Shown in pieces: positions 1-13,560 of a stretch of DNA of 64,000 bases. Within the stretch, counting starts at the first letter, position 1. Each line of letters starts with the position of its first letter. A program made the translations under genes and the position numbers. The DNA comes from Nageia nagi. Taxonomy: Eukaryota; Plantae; Pinophyta. The notes beneath the pieces are model-generated. The model did no database searches and was not told the origin of the DNA. It worked only from the letters and a program-made list of their open reading frames with translations. The stretch covers positions 105,710,001 through 105,774,000 of the forward strand of contig JBITNC010000001.1 in assembly GCA_050084985.1 (NCBI GenBank). Reading direction: 5' to 3'.

Positions 1-1689
1 CAATATGTGAGGAACTCAACAAGTTTTTCAAGCAATTCAATTCTTGATGTAAACCAAACAAGAATGATACAATGGATAAAATAGATATCAGTTTGTTTTT
101 ATCAAACTTTGTGTGAAATAATTTTGAATTGAAAATGGATCAAAATTAAATAAGCTGAGAATTCATATGGAGCAATGCACACACTTGTATTGATAATCAA
201 AAACACACTATATATTATAGCTATGATCTCTTAGAGATTATATCTAATCTAATATATAGCTATTGTGCTCTTCTAAATTACTTCATATGCTCTACTATAC
301 TATAAAATTATATAGAAATCCTTAATCACTAGATAACAAGCTTAGGGAATAAAAAATAATATTCTTGTATTATTACACCATAACCATGAACTCAAATAGC
401 CCCAAAAAATCATACCAAACTTATATAAAATGCCTAAAATATGAATTTTATCATGTAATAGAATAACATAGTCAATTGTACATGTTCAAATAAATGTATC
501 TATGATCCATCCAATTCACACATGATATGTAGCCAAAATACACATGAACCAAAGCTGAGTTGTTGCCTAACTAAATTCAAACTGAAGTATAATTAAATTT
601 TATGATCTATAGATAATCATATGTGATCTAAGAAAGTTTCCTATGACCTTATTGAAATGCTTATGATCCTAAACATAATTTTACTATTCTGGATAGCATC
701 TAAATGATCTCCATTTTGAGCTTGAAATAGGATAATGTGGAAGTCTAGTTTCCAATACAATCCAACCTCTAGTTTTACATAGGTAAATGCTTTCTCCATT
801 GGAAATGGAGTCCAATAGAAATAAATTAAGGTGTATGAAATAGGAAAGAGAATAGTAGGGTTAGGAAAAGGTTAAGGAAATAGAAAAGGGTAGGGTTAGA
901 GACCTGAGATGAGGCATATGATGAGTATACATATCCAAATAAACTACTAGGAAATAATGATCAGACTTGATTTAGGTAAAATGAAACCTATTTCATAACC
1001 ATAAATTAATGAAAGAAAAAATATAATACTATAACCCTAAAAAATAGTGATCACTCTAGTCTTTCATTCACGGTCAACCCATATACCACTAATAGCCAAA
1101 TATTAAATCCTATAGAACAACCATCCTTAAATAAAGAAACCTTACAACCTCACTTTTAACTTCATAAGAAAAAATATTCTATTAATATAAAAAATGATAA
1201 TATCCATGGGGGTATAAAGGGTAAACATGCCCTAAGAGTGATCCTGATTACATTGGTCGATCTTTTATTCATACTACACAAGTTGTTAGTTTTAAAATAA
1301 AATATAAATTTACTTATTATATTACTTCATCTACTTTTATGATGTTATAGGAATATATTTATAATATATCATATGGAAATAATATTTTTTATCTAATAAG
1401 GATAATAGTCAAAGAGGCTCACCATGATGTATCATCATATATTCTTTGATTCATAACTTCTCTATCATTTTGAAGTGTAAGAAGGTATTGAATGGGTAAT
1501 GGGTGGTATTAAATATATGTACCATTGAAAATTTGAATATATTGATAAATATCTCATACATTTCATCATTCTTGATATCTCTATAGTAACTAAACTTGTC
1601 AACATTCCCTTATTTTTTACCTTGCTATATTTTCTAGGGTGGCTTTAAGAAAAGATAATAGTTTTCTTTACAATCTATGCAATATTTAA

Positions 1690-2980
1690 TTACTTGCTTG
1701 TTATGAGGACTAGCACATTTATGTTTCAAAATATATGCAATACTTTATTAATGCTCTTTTGGAATTGAACAATTGGATGTTAAGATAGATTTCCTCATAG
1801 GTATTTGGAGGAGGATATTTACATGCAACAACATGAAGGTTTTGATGTAAAAGTTAAAGAACATTGTATATGTAAATTGAAAAAGAGATTGTATGGCCTT
1901 AAATAAGATCCTAGTAAATGGTATCTTAAGTTTTACACATTCATGGGAACTCAAAAATTTACTAGATGTCAATCTTATCATTATGTGTATTTCAAGATAA
2001 CTAACAATGGAAACTATATTATCTTGCTATTATATATGGATGATATGGTTGTGGGAGGATCTAACATGTAAGACACTATTGGTCTCAAATAAATATTAGC
2101 TAAAAAAGTTTACATGAAGGATTTGGGTGAGTTAAAATAAATCCTTGGCATTAAAATCACAAGGGATAAAGAAAACCACATGCTAAAATTATCTCAAGAG
2201 GACTACATTGAGAAGGTGCTTAAAAGGTTTAACATAAAGGATGCAAAAGGGATCTCTACACCTTTGGAAAAATAATTTAAACTATATTAATGTTTATGTC
2301 CTAATACATAAGAGGGATAATGCTTTAGCAGTTGGGAGTTTGATGTATGTCATGGTTCACACAAGATCATACATAGCACAAGTAGTGGGAGTGATTTGTA
2401 AGTATATTCATGAATAATATAGGAAAATTACATTGGGAATTGGTTAAGTTGATACTTAGGTATTTGAGAGGCACTTCAAATTACTCTTTCAATTTTGGAG
2501 ATTCTAACATTTTCTTACAAAGTTGTATGGATTCAAATATGTAAGGTGATCAAGATGGTGGGAGGAGTACTACGAGGTATTTCTTTACCATTGGTGGTTT
2601 AAAGTTTAGATGAATCTTTAATCTTCAACAAAGTGTATCCCTCTCAATCACAAAACTATAATATGTTGTTGTTATTGAATCCAATAAAGAGATGATTTGG
2701 TTACAAATATTGATGAAGGAGTTAGGCAAAGAGCAAGGATATGCTACATTATGGAGTGATAGCCAAAGTGTTATCTATATTACAAATAACTCAAAATTTC
2801 ATCTTAGAACCAAATGTATATAAATAAGGTATCATTTCATATTATCTATGATGAAGTATGGTTCACTAAAGTTAGTACATATTTACATATCTAAAAATCC
2901 CTTCTGACATATTCACAAAGGTGGTAACAAGGGAGAAGTTGAGTTTTTTCTCAAGTTCAATTAGTCTCAAGGAGTGAGTA
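1690..2980 (+). mobile_element. Degenerate Ty1/copia RT-RNase H region
   Basis: Manual translation gives IEQLDVK..FL..EEDIYMQQ.EGF, CKLKKRLYGLK, LLLYMDDM (YVDD-like), MKDLG, SDSQS, FH.RTK.I..RYHFI and DIFTKVVTREKL, with many stops and frameshifts. Confidence 0.92.
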
Positions 2981-3047
2981 GCCATAATGAAAATATTTTA
3001 ACACCCTAATATTATGTAGTGTAGTGTATCATTCTCTAAGTATGATA

Positions 3048-3771
3048 TTATTAATTATAGAGCCCCATTGATTGACTAAGTTTAAGTTTTCACACTTTAT
3101 ATTTCCAACTGGTATGCACAAGGTCAATCAAGAAATCATTCAATCAATTATACAATCAATCAATCAATCAATTAGAATAGGGGAATTTTGGGTGTAATAA
3201 TATCAATCAATTGGAATGATGTTGATCATGGGATCATGATTGATTTGATGGTGATCGGTTAATATATAAAGAGTGCTAATCTCCATTTTGGGTAATCAAA
3301 TGCACTCTACATAATATCTTAAATTTCAAGTTGGGGGTTATAATTTGTTGGTATATTTCTCAAGGATCCCTTTGACCTATTTTGATATTATTTACAAATG
3401 TAACACTCCTATGAATCCATAGTATTTTATCAAGATGAATGTATGTAATTTAAGAATTGTGAAATAGTGTAAGTTTGATGCAAGTTTATAGGAAATAGAT
3501 TTAGAGTTTTGTAGTGACGTTTTACTTGTACCAAAACGAGGATTACAACAAGGTTATACTCTTAGTTTATCTCTTGGTGGCTTATAATATTGATGGTAAT
3601 AAATAATTTAAAATATTATTCATGGATGTAGCTCACATTGCATGAACCATGTTAAAATTATCTGCTCTCCTTATGTGTTTGGTATTGCTTATTATTATCT
3701 TGTTTGGATTCCTTTGCAAATAGTAAAAGGTATATTTCTCAAAGTTTATTAGAAAATAACTGAACCTAACA
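3048..3771 (+). repeat. Probable 3' LTR of the copia element
   Basis: Follows the RNase H end and a decayed PPT-like tract (ctctaagtatgata); ends ...cctaaca just before unrelated gypsy sequence. No second LTR is available for comparison. Confidence 0.5.
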
Positions 3772-3829
3772 TAAGTCTCATGTAATATCCTCTAATTTTA
3801 GGGTTGGGGGTATTTATAATTCCCCCTTA

Positions 3830-6478
3830 GGTGAGTGATGATCCTACCTATATTAATGAAGAACTAGTAGATCTCAATATTGGAGCTCAAGAGGATCCTA
3901 AGATAGTCAAACGTGGATCTTGTTTTGATAGAAACAAAAGAATTGATTATCACTTGTTCATGATTCAATTTGGTGAGGTTTTTTCTTGGTCCTATGAATA
4001 TATTCTTGGTCTTGATCTTGATTTTATTTTACAAAACCTAGTGATCCATGAATATGCTAAGCCTATTTAGTAAAGGAGATGACTTATGCATCCCAAGATA
4101 TCCCTCTTGATCAAGAAGGAAATAGGAAACTATATCAAGGTTGGTTTCATTGAGCCTATTGATTATTCCCCATACTTATATAATATTTTTCTAGCTATAA
4201 AACCAAATTGAGAGGTAAGATTTTGTGCTAATTTTAGGGATATCAACAAAGCATTCCCTAAGGATAATTTCCCTCTCCCACACATTGACATAATTATTGA
4301 TTCTACTACTAGCTATGAGTCTTTTTCTTTCATAAATGGTTATTTAGGATATAATTAAATCAAAATTAATTAAGTAGATATGCATAATATAACCTTATAT
4401 ACACCTTGCGGTACATGTTATTACAAAGTTATACCATTTGGACTAAAAATATAGGATATACTTATCAAAGAGTTATGGTAAAAATGTTCCATGATTTGAC
4501 CCATAAAAATGTTGAGATGTATGTGTATGATGTATTTTTCAAATCACACAAAAAAGAGGATCACCTAAGGGACCTTATTTTTTCCTTTGAAAGGTTAAAA
4601 TAATATAAGCTCATATTAATACCTCAAAAATGTCTCTTTTGTGTCTCAAGTGGGAAACTGTTAAGATTCCTTATTTCTAAAGGGGAATTGAAATTGATTA
4701 GAAAAAGGTCAAATTCATATATGATATAGCACCTTCAAATAACCTAAATAAACTAAGGAGCTTCCAAAGAAAAGTGTAGGCTATAAGAAGATTCATATCA
4801 TATTTGACTAATAGGATTGTACCTTACACTCATTTGCTTAAGAAAAAAATAGAATTAATTGTTTAGGATGATGGATCTCAATCTTACCTTGAAGATATAA
4901 AAATATATTTTATTAATCCTCTATTTTAGCACTCTCTAATCATTCAAAGCCTAATTTTTTGTATAATTCTACTATTCAACATGCATTGGGGGAAATTCTT
5001 GCACAAAAATTAAGGCTAGAAAAGAAAAAGCAATTTATTACATCTCCAAAATATAACTTGAGCATGAAGTCAAATATATTCTAACAGAAAATTATACAAT
5101 TTTATTTTGTATTATTATGATAATTTAAGTCATTATATGATTTTAAATACTATATTTGTAGTTTCCCAAGTTGATGCATTGAAATAACTCCTTTCCAACC
5201 CATATATCTAAGGAAAGACTAATAAGTGGATAATATTATTTGAAGAGTTTAATCTTATTTATATGCATCATAAATCTATAAATTGATATTACATAGCATA
5301 TTTTGTTGCTATAAATCCTTCTAAAGAATTAAACCCATGTCATGAAGAATTTAGAGATGAGGTTGTAGCATTTGCATATGAAGATGATACCAAAAAAAGG
5401 ATACTATATTTTGATGGATCCAAATTCATAAGAGGAGAAAGGGTAGGTATTATCCTCATTACTCTATAATATGATATCATTCTAATGGCATACAAGTTAG
5501 AATTTAATTGTACTAGTAACATTATTGAGTATGACGGTTTGATTTTTGGCTTGAAGGTTGCTACATTGCTCAATGTTTACAATATCAAGATCTATGGATA
5601 CTCACAATTAGTTATTAATCAAGTTAATGATGTCTATAGCAAAAAAGATGATAAACTTATTTCTTATAAAGAGCTAGTTCAATATATCATGTAAACTTAT
5701 TTTTATATAGTCCACATTGAAAGTATCCCAAGAAATAATAATAGATTTGTAGATGTTATGGCCAATGCAACCTCCTTAATACTAATATCAGTTTAAGATG
5801 AGTACATAATCATTCAAATAAATTCTATGAACAATCCATCCCATGCCATTGATTCTGATGATGTGCTTAAAATCATTTATTCTCCTAGTGTTAATGATTT
5901 CTTCATGATTCCTCATGATGAGTGGTATGTTGATATCTATAAATACCTCAAGGAAGGGTTATTGCCTAATAGTTACAAGAAAAATAATTTAAAAAAAAAG
6001 ATTAAGAAAATGGCTGCAAAGTATGTTATCATTATTTATGTGAAATATAAAATTTATTTCAAAGGAACATTTCTTATATGTTTACTTCATGTTAAAGTTG
6101 AGATTGCTATTGATCAGGTGCATGATGGCTAGTATAGAGGTCATTTCAATGGTAGAACTATGAATCATAAAATCATTATATTAGGATATTATTTTCCATA
6201 CATGGTATATGATTTTATTTTGCATGTTAAGAAATATGTAGGCTATTAAAAACATGCTAGTTTGAAACTCACTCTTTCTCATAGCCTCAACACTATGGTA
6301 ACTCCCCTAGCCATTCTCAATTTGGGTTATTGATATCATTGGGGCTATCAATTCAAATTCTAGATAAGGGAACAAACTTATTATCATAGCTACAAAATAT
6401 TTTAAAAAGTTTTTTGAATCCATACAATTTAGACCTTCCAAAGGATCTCAACTTATCAAGTTTTTCATAAAATAAATT
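3830..6478 (+). mobile_element. Degenerate Ty3/gypsy Tat-lineage (Ogre/Retand-type) pol: RT, RH, additional archaeal-type RNase H, integrase N-part
   Basis: RT motif FRDINKAFPKDNFPLPHID. Second RNase H at ~5390-5790 (LYFDGS, AYKLEFNCTSNIIEY..LI.GL, IYGYSQLVINQV). Integrase zinc region DQVHDG..GHFNGR and DIIGAIN. Truncated at ~6478. Confidence 0.9.
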
Positions 6479-6489
6479 AGACAAATCCA

Positions 6490-7330
6490 ATATAATGAGC
6501 TCTTACTAACCATTAATGAGTTCCTTCATGAATCCCTTAAAGGAATTTTTAGTCCTCATGCTAAGAATATTTTAGATCCTTGTTGAGGTATTGGCTTGGA
6601 ACTTAAAAGGGCTTCTCTAGATAGCAAATTAGCAACTACATTCATGCTATCTTTATAATATTCAAATGTGCTATCAAAGAAGGGGAAAAAGGATTGGAGT
6701 CTCACCATAAGTTTTGAATTGGAATATTCTACAAGTTTTCCTTCAAGATAACATCACATTCCTATAAAATCATATCTAATAATAAAAGGAATATTATGAA
6801 GATACAATTGAAAAGGTTTTATTTCCATATTTGCATCTAATATTTCTTTTTTGGTAGAATGATATTTCAATTGTACACCTTTCTAACATCCTAAATTATA
6901 GACGTATATAGATTCTATAGTTTTACCATTTGCATCATGTTGTTTGTATTTAAGGAAAACACCCCACCCTTCATTGGAAGCATCGATTTCTAGAATTTTT
7001 GGAATGGACTCATTTAGGAGTTGTGTAGGAGGGCGATTAACACATCTTTCCTTGATTCTTTTGATTGCAAAAATATGTTTCTCTATCCATGTAGGAGGAT
7101 CCTTTTGTAATCTTTTATTGAGAAATTTTTATTAAATGTAAACTTTTCTTAAAAATAAGATACATAATTATAGCATCCAAGAAACCTTTTAAGTTATTTC
7201 TTGTCTATGATTTTATCAATAAAATTATGCATAAAAGAAAGTACATGTGGTTGAATTTGAATGGAACCACTACTGATATTATGTCCAAGGAACTATATCA
7301 TAATTGATAATGTTCCTAATTTCATAAGAA
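6490..7330 (-). mobile_element. Endogenous caulimovirid (plant pararetrovirus) RT C-part and RNase H fossil
   Basis: Minus-strand translation: FLGHNISSGSIQIQPHVLSF..F.DKIIDKK*LKRFLGCYNYVS..RLQKDPPTW.EKH..AIKRIKE..ILEIDASNEGWG..QLKYHSTKKEIL..FQLYL..FIIRYD..NVVANLLSRE. These motifs are Caulimoviridae-like, and no integrase follows. Confidence 0.8.
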
Positions 7331-8380
7331 AGGATATCAAAATTTTTGCAATACCTTAGATATCTAGTAGAGGTTTTCTTCATCATATTATTCCCAAAGC
7401 AATGGATAAGTTGAGCCAACAAATAAAACTATTATGAACATCTTATGGAAGATAGTAAAAAATAATAGAACAAATTAACATGGAAAACTAATATAATTCT
7501 TTGTGTGATTATATAATCAACATAATATCATCCATAGCATGTATCCCATACTCATTGGTTTATGATGGCAGAGTGTTTCTACCATTGGAGGTAGAAATCC
7601 CATCATTATGAGTATCCTTAAAAGGTATAGTAGTTGATAAGAACAAATATCTACAAGATTGGATTACTTGATGGAAGAAGAATAAAAGCTCTTCAAAATA
7701 TCAGGCACTACCAAAATAGGATCAATAATGCATACAAAAATAAAATAAAACCAAAAGAATTCAATGTAGGCAACTTGGATCTCAAATAAAATCATCATAA
7801 AACCAAGTTGGAAAAAGAGAAAAAAGGAAAATTTTATCTTAATTATATTAGACTCTTTATCATTAAGGGAAAATATAACAATTGTGTATTTGATATAAAA
7901 ACCATTAAAGGTAAGGAGCATAAGTGTATAACAAATATCATGTATTACAAGCTTTTTCACACATAGCTAGTATGAAGTAAAGGTATTTAGTAGGACTGTT
8001 TTGGAAAAAATTTCATATATTTTAAGTGATTTATATTTTTTATTCCTATCACTAATGCTAAGGAAAATTATCTTTATGCATTTATTTCAAAGGTTATTTA
8101 AGCCCTTAGTTCTAATAAAATGATCGAATAAAATAAACATCAAAAAAAACAAAACTCATAATGATAGTTGTTGTTTCGAAAGGAGGTTAACTATTTAGAA
8201 AATATTTTCAAATATATATCCTAAAAAATTAGGCCATATGCATATTTACAAAATATTATCATCATATAAATGCTTTGGTTTTAACATTATCACATTTCCC
8301 TCTAAATCTTTAGTGTTAACATTGACATATAGTTAATATTTTCTCCCTTAGTTCTCATCATTATGTAAGTTTGGGTAATG

Positions 8381-8480
8381 NNNNNNNNNNNNNNNNNNNN
8401 NNNNNNNNNNNNNNNNNNNNNNNNNNNNNNNNNNNNNNNNNNNNNNNNNNNNNNNNNNNNNNNNNNNNNNNNNNNNNNNN
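8381..8480. other. Assembly gap (100 N)
   Basis: Run of 100 N. Confidence 1.
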
Positions 8481-11400
8481 TAGTTTTAAAAATTCTAAAG
8501 CTTAGAAGTGAGCCTCTAACTTCACCCCTGAAAAATTCTTGCATTTTTTCTTTCCCAAAATTTCCCCCAAAAGGGAAGTGAAGAAGAAAAATTTTTCCAT
8601 AAAAATTTTTTAGTGTTTTTTACCAAAAAGGAGGAACCCATACACACAAAAGTTTTTCATAGGTTAGAAGAGACCCATTAAAAAACTTCTTAGTTAAATC
8701 AAAAACACTAAAAAAAAGTCACATGTTAAAAAAAAGGTGGTCCATTTGATTCATAAGATCTTTATAGAAAGGCATCTAAAAAACTAATTAAAAATTCTTT
8801 TCTAGAGGTTATCAATTGAAAGGAATTTTTTTCATTGATAAAAAAAAAAAATTATTTTTGGGTTTTAAGTTTTTAATCCATTTATTGGAAATGAAGCCCA
8901 TCCTGGGAAAACCCCCTGCCCCAAAAGATAGGCTATTTTAAATTAAAAAATTTCCACCCCCGATTTGCCCCAAATCATTTTTCCCCCCCTTTTAAAATTG
9001 GGTTAATAAGTTTAAATTTTAAAGGGGGTTTATTGGAAAGAAAAAATCTATTTCCCCCAAAAGTAGGGTTTTGGATTGAAATTTTTTCCACTAAAGTTTC
9101 CCACTTTTATGAATGAAAAAATTTGTAACTAATGCCCCACTCTTTAATTTATTTTCTATTAAAAATTTGAAGCTAGGGTCCTAATCCAAAGGGGCATCTT
9201 CTACCCAATAGTATTTCCAAAAATCCACCTTAGATCCATCCCCTATCCACCATCGAATTCCTATATGAATTAATTCTCTACATTTCACCAAGCTATTCCA
9301 AAAATGAGATCCATTTGGAAGCCTAGTTGCTATGAGAAAATCCTTATGGAGGCTTAAATATTTAGCTTTGATCAATTTAAACCATCCTAAATCATCATTA
9401 TTTAACATTTTTCAACCCATATTAACAATCATAGCTATGTTCATTTATTTGATTATTTTGATCCCTATCCCTCCTTGATCTCTAGGGAGAACACTTGATC
9501 CCATTTAACCAATGATAAGCATTTTTTTCTTTTCAACACTTAACCATAAGAAGTTTCTTTGGATCCATTCTAGAAGTGAATGACCTTTGAATGGTACCTA
9601 GAAGATCGATATGAAGTAGATGGGGATACTCTAAAGAGTGGCTTGGGCTAATTGAGCCTTGTCAGCTTGGTTGAGAAGACACCCTTTCCATCTTGTAAGA
9701 TTTTTGAATAGATGATCTTTCACCAGATGCTAGAGGGAAGATATCATTCTTCCCATAAACATAAGCATTCCTAGGTAAGTAGTTGGGAGTTTTGCTATGT
9801 GCAACCCATGATCCTATCAATCATATGTTACCTCCTCTATTACTTTTATCAAATTTAACCTTTTGAATTGCCTTCTTCTCATATATTTATAAAATGGATT
9901 TCAAAACCTTTTCCTAGTGAATTGAGGAAATTGAAATAATAAGTGTATCATCTATGAGTTATTGATGGGAAACTAGGTCCATCAAAGGGGTTGGATTGAA
10001 ACCTTTGAGGTTACCCTCTAGAACTATAGTGGAGATATTATGACCAAGGTCTCTTGCTAAGATGATGAAATAAAAGGGGGAGATAGGATTCCTTGTATCA
10101 AACCTATATAACTATGGAAGTAGCTAGTAGGGGAATCATTAATCAAAACTAAGAATCTTGGTGAAGAAATACAACTGAAGACCATATTTATCCATTGGTG
10201 ATAAAAACCAAATTGAATAAGGACTTTGAAAAGGAACCTTTAAGAAACCCTATCATATGCCTTATTCATATCCAATTTTAGAAGCATTCTAGCTTTAGTG
10301 CTATGATCCATTGAAGGCATGATTTCATGAATAGTGATAATCCCATCTAAGATTTATCAATCCTTGAAAAAATACCCCCTTGATTCATATCAATAATAAA
10401 TAGAAAAATCACCTTCAACTAGTTGGCTAATATTTTGGTAAGAATTTTGAGTAAAGTGTTGCATAGACTACTTGTTTTGTATTGAGAGAATTCCATCTCT
10501 CATGCTAGTTTTGGAGTTAGAGTGAGGAAGGTAAATTTGATATCTTTTGGGACCACCTAGGTTGATTGAACTTCTATGATAGCCTCAACTATATCCTCTC
10601 CAATAATAGGCTTAAATGTTGAAATAAGGTAGGTGGTAAACCATCAAGTCCTAGGGAATTGTCCCTACTCAGATCAAAGGTTGCTTTTCTGATTTCATAT
10701 GGAGAAAAATGGGTAAGTAAATACTAATTCAAGTTATCTATGACCAAGGTTGGAATAAATTGCAACAAAGAGCCATTATTATTTTCCAAAATGTTTGTCA
10801 CTCCAAGGAGCAATTGGAAGTAAGAGACTTCCTCCTCTTTGATTTCTTCCAAATACCTTATCCTATCCCCATTGCTTTTCTTGATTTCAAAAATTCTATT
10901 ACGACTCCTATGCCAAAGGGTGGAGATATGAAATTATTTACTATTGTAGTTCCCTTCCATGAGCCATTTCATTATAGATTTATATTTCCACAAGGTTTCT
11001 TTATAGCCTAAAATATTATGAAATTGAGATAGAGGTTTCCTTATTTAAGTCTAAGCTCCTCTGGAAATGGATGATTAATTATGATCTCCTCAATCTCTTA
11101 TATTTGGTTTTGGAGTGCCTCCTTTTGTTAGAAGATGTTCTTGAAAGAGGTTTTATTCCACTCTTTTACATTTGACTTGACATTCCTAATATTACAAGAA
11201 ATCTAACTAAGTTTATGGCTAGCAAAGGGTCTTCTCCACCACTCCATAATCTTATTCTAGATCTCTTCATGCTGAGCCACATGAGTTCAAACTTGAAGGT
11301 TTTATTATACCAAATAGGTTTAGTACTCGAGTACCAAAGGAGAGGATCATGATCAAAATTAATGCAAGGAAGAGTTGTTAAGGATGATTCTCCAAACATA

Positions 11401-13560
11401 GTTAAACTATCCTAGGAGATCAAAAACTTGTCTAGTATTACTTGGATAAGCTAATCTGTAAGTCTTTAGTTGGTCCAAGCATAAGATAAGTGCCTCAAAT
11501 CCATATCCATAAGTTCATTTAAGTTAACAAAATCCCTAAATTCATTCATCCCTTCATCCACCTCATGAAATCCTCCATTTGTATTAGAAGGGTTAAGGTG
11601 AATATTAAAATCTCATGGCACCACCTACCTTATACCAATCACTATTGCTCTCATTTTTTCTAATTGAATCCACAACCTTCTCTTACCCAATCCTATGTTT
11701 AGAGCATACACATTGGATAATATAAAACTCTTTGAAGTCTAATTGTTGAAATAATATATACTGATAACCATATAGAATTTAAAATGACTTAGTAGTCCAA
11801 ATCTTGATTATTCCACATTATTAATAGCCCACCTATCATTCCAACTACATCATAGGCTACCATTTGAGACTTTCCAAATTTTATTTTTGAAGAAATCTAA
11901 CTTACTAATATCCATTTTGGTTTCTTGAAAGAGTATTATGTCCAACTTATGCTCCCATTTGAGGTTGAGCAATGTTCATAATTTTTGAGGGTTATGCCTC
12001 TAATATTCCAAGAGAGGACTTTCATTTAAAACCTCTACCCTCCTTGAACCAAAATTAAGGACATCTTGAGTACCATTTGTAATTTCCCTTATAGCCTCCT
12101 TATATAATAATTACATTGATGGTTTACCTCTGAACTAGAACCTGAAGACCTACCTAAATTCAAAGCATGCGTTAATGATTAGATTCTCATAAATCTCTTT
12201 TAAGGGGGTTTTCTAAATTCAAATATCAATGGGTACTTCCTCTTCTTGAGACAAACTTTCAAAATGGTTGGAAGTGGGGATGACCTCCCCTATTCTTATT
12301 TTAGATAATTCTAATATACCATAATGGTTGATTGGATTTTATCCCCTGCTAATTGCTCAACTCCTACTTCTAAAACTCAACCTTTGTTGGAACCTATCTT
12401 GTAAAAACAATACCATTGGGGCCCTTTGCCAAGGTCCCTAATCAAAATTTTATTTGGGTGATTGTGAGGCTAACTTCGATGTGAAACATTCTCCCATTGG
12501 GATTAGAGTTTTGGATTGCTTTATTATTAATAATATTTCCTTTAGTTTGATATTTTACATCCACTTCATTTTTATCATTGTTCCTTTTGTCTTGAGGTGG
12601 TTTCTTTTGGGTGGATTAAAAAAATCTTTTAGAAATACATTGAGTACTTTGATGTACAAATTGGTTACACACACTACACTTGATGGTAGTATTTTCATAT
12701 TCAAAAATCTTGGTGTAAATTCCCAACTTAGTAGAAATGGTTATAGTTTTTGGTAGCTCTTTACTCAAATCCACCATCACACATAGTTCATAAAAAAGTA
12801 GTTTTGATTTACTAAGAGTTGTTGAATCAATAGCTTAAGGTCCCCTATTTCACTAGCAAAGCCAACTAATTTTCTTTCATCCCAAAAGCTCAATGGAATA
12901 CCTAGGAGTCTAACCTAATTAGGGACTAGGTCTATTTCTTGTAGAAGAGGGTTGAAATCTAGAGTCCATTTTCTTCAAAAATAGCCCTCACCTTTTGTAG
13001 AACGAAGTACCTCCTTATAGAACTATATCTATATCCTCTAGACAATGAAACTTAAATAAAAAGAAACTCTTTAGGAGGGATTTGATCTCCATTCAAGCTC
13101 TAAGATACCATTTCTCTAATTCCCATCTCCTTATTTCCTCTAGGTCTACCCGCACTCCAACAAACTTACCCACCTAAGCAGATTTGGTTTCCTTGATCAT
13201 GAGGTTAGTGAGAGAGTTTGGATTTCTAGAATCTTGTTAGAAAGAAATATATTAAATAAACATCATCGAGTTTTTTCTTACCCCCAAGAATAATCATATA
13301 GAAATGCTTCCATGGATTAGGTGTTCGCAATGAGTCTTCCTCCTCGATAAAATCTTCCAGATGGTCACCATTAACATCTCCAAGATATCCACTAGGATCA
13401 AGAGGTGGAATATCTACTTCATCCATTACTTCCTCCAAAGGCTCATCTAAATTTTGAGACTTGAAACTAAGACCTAGAGACCCCACTATATCAGAATCTA
13501 TGCTACTACCACCAAACCCCAACCTACTCGAGCTAGCTATTGAAGCTTTGATCCAATCCT
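8481..13560 (-). mobile_element. Near full-length degenerate L1-type LINE (ORF1 + ORF2)
   Basis: ORF2 starts at 12025 with MKVLSWNIRG (APE endonuclease). Further motifs: DHDPLL, FKFELMW, KLDMNKAYDR, LSPFYFII, HQ*LIDDTL, LPTTYLG, GSKVDFW and zf-RVT DHLF near 8735. ORF1 has VRLLGIPLSFW and zinc knuckle CSVCNQFVHQSTQC (~12640-12690). Confidence 0.92.

Noticed and set aside
840-900. gggttag / taaccctaaccct motifs here and at ~31160, 31790 and 36950 as interstitial telomere
   Set aside because: Only 1-2 units each, within LTR-like DNA.
7330-8380. Possible continuation of the viral fossil or a membrane-protein ORF (7664-7960)
   Set aside because: No recognisable motifs; the F/I/L richness follows from AT bias.
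8481-9180. Homopolymer-rich stretch as a special element
   Set aside because: Next to the N gap and still showing LINE zf-RVT remnants; most likely low-quality consensus.
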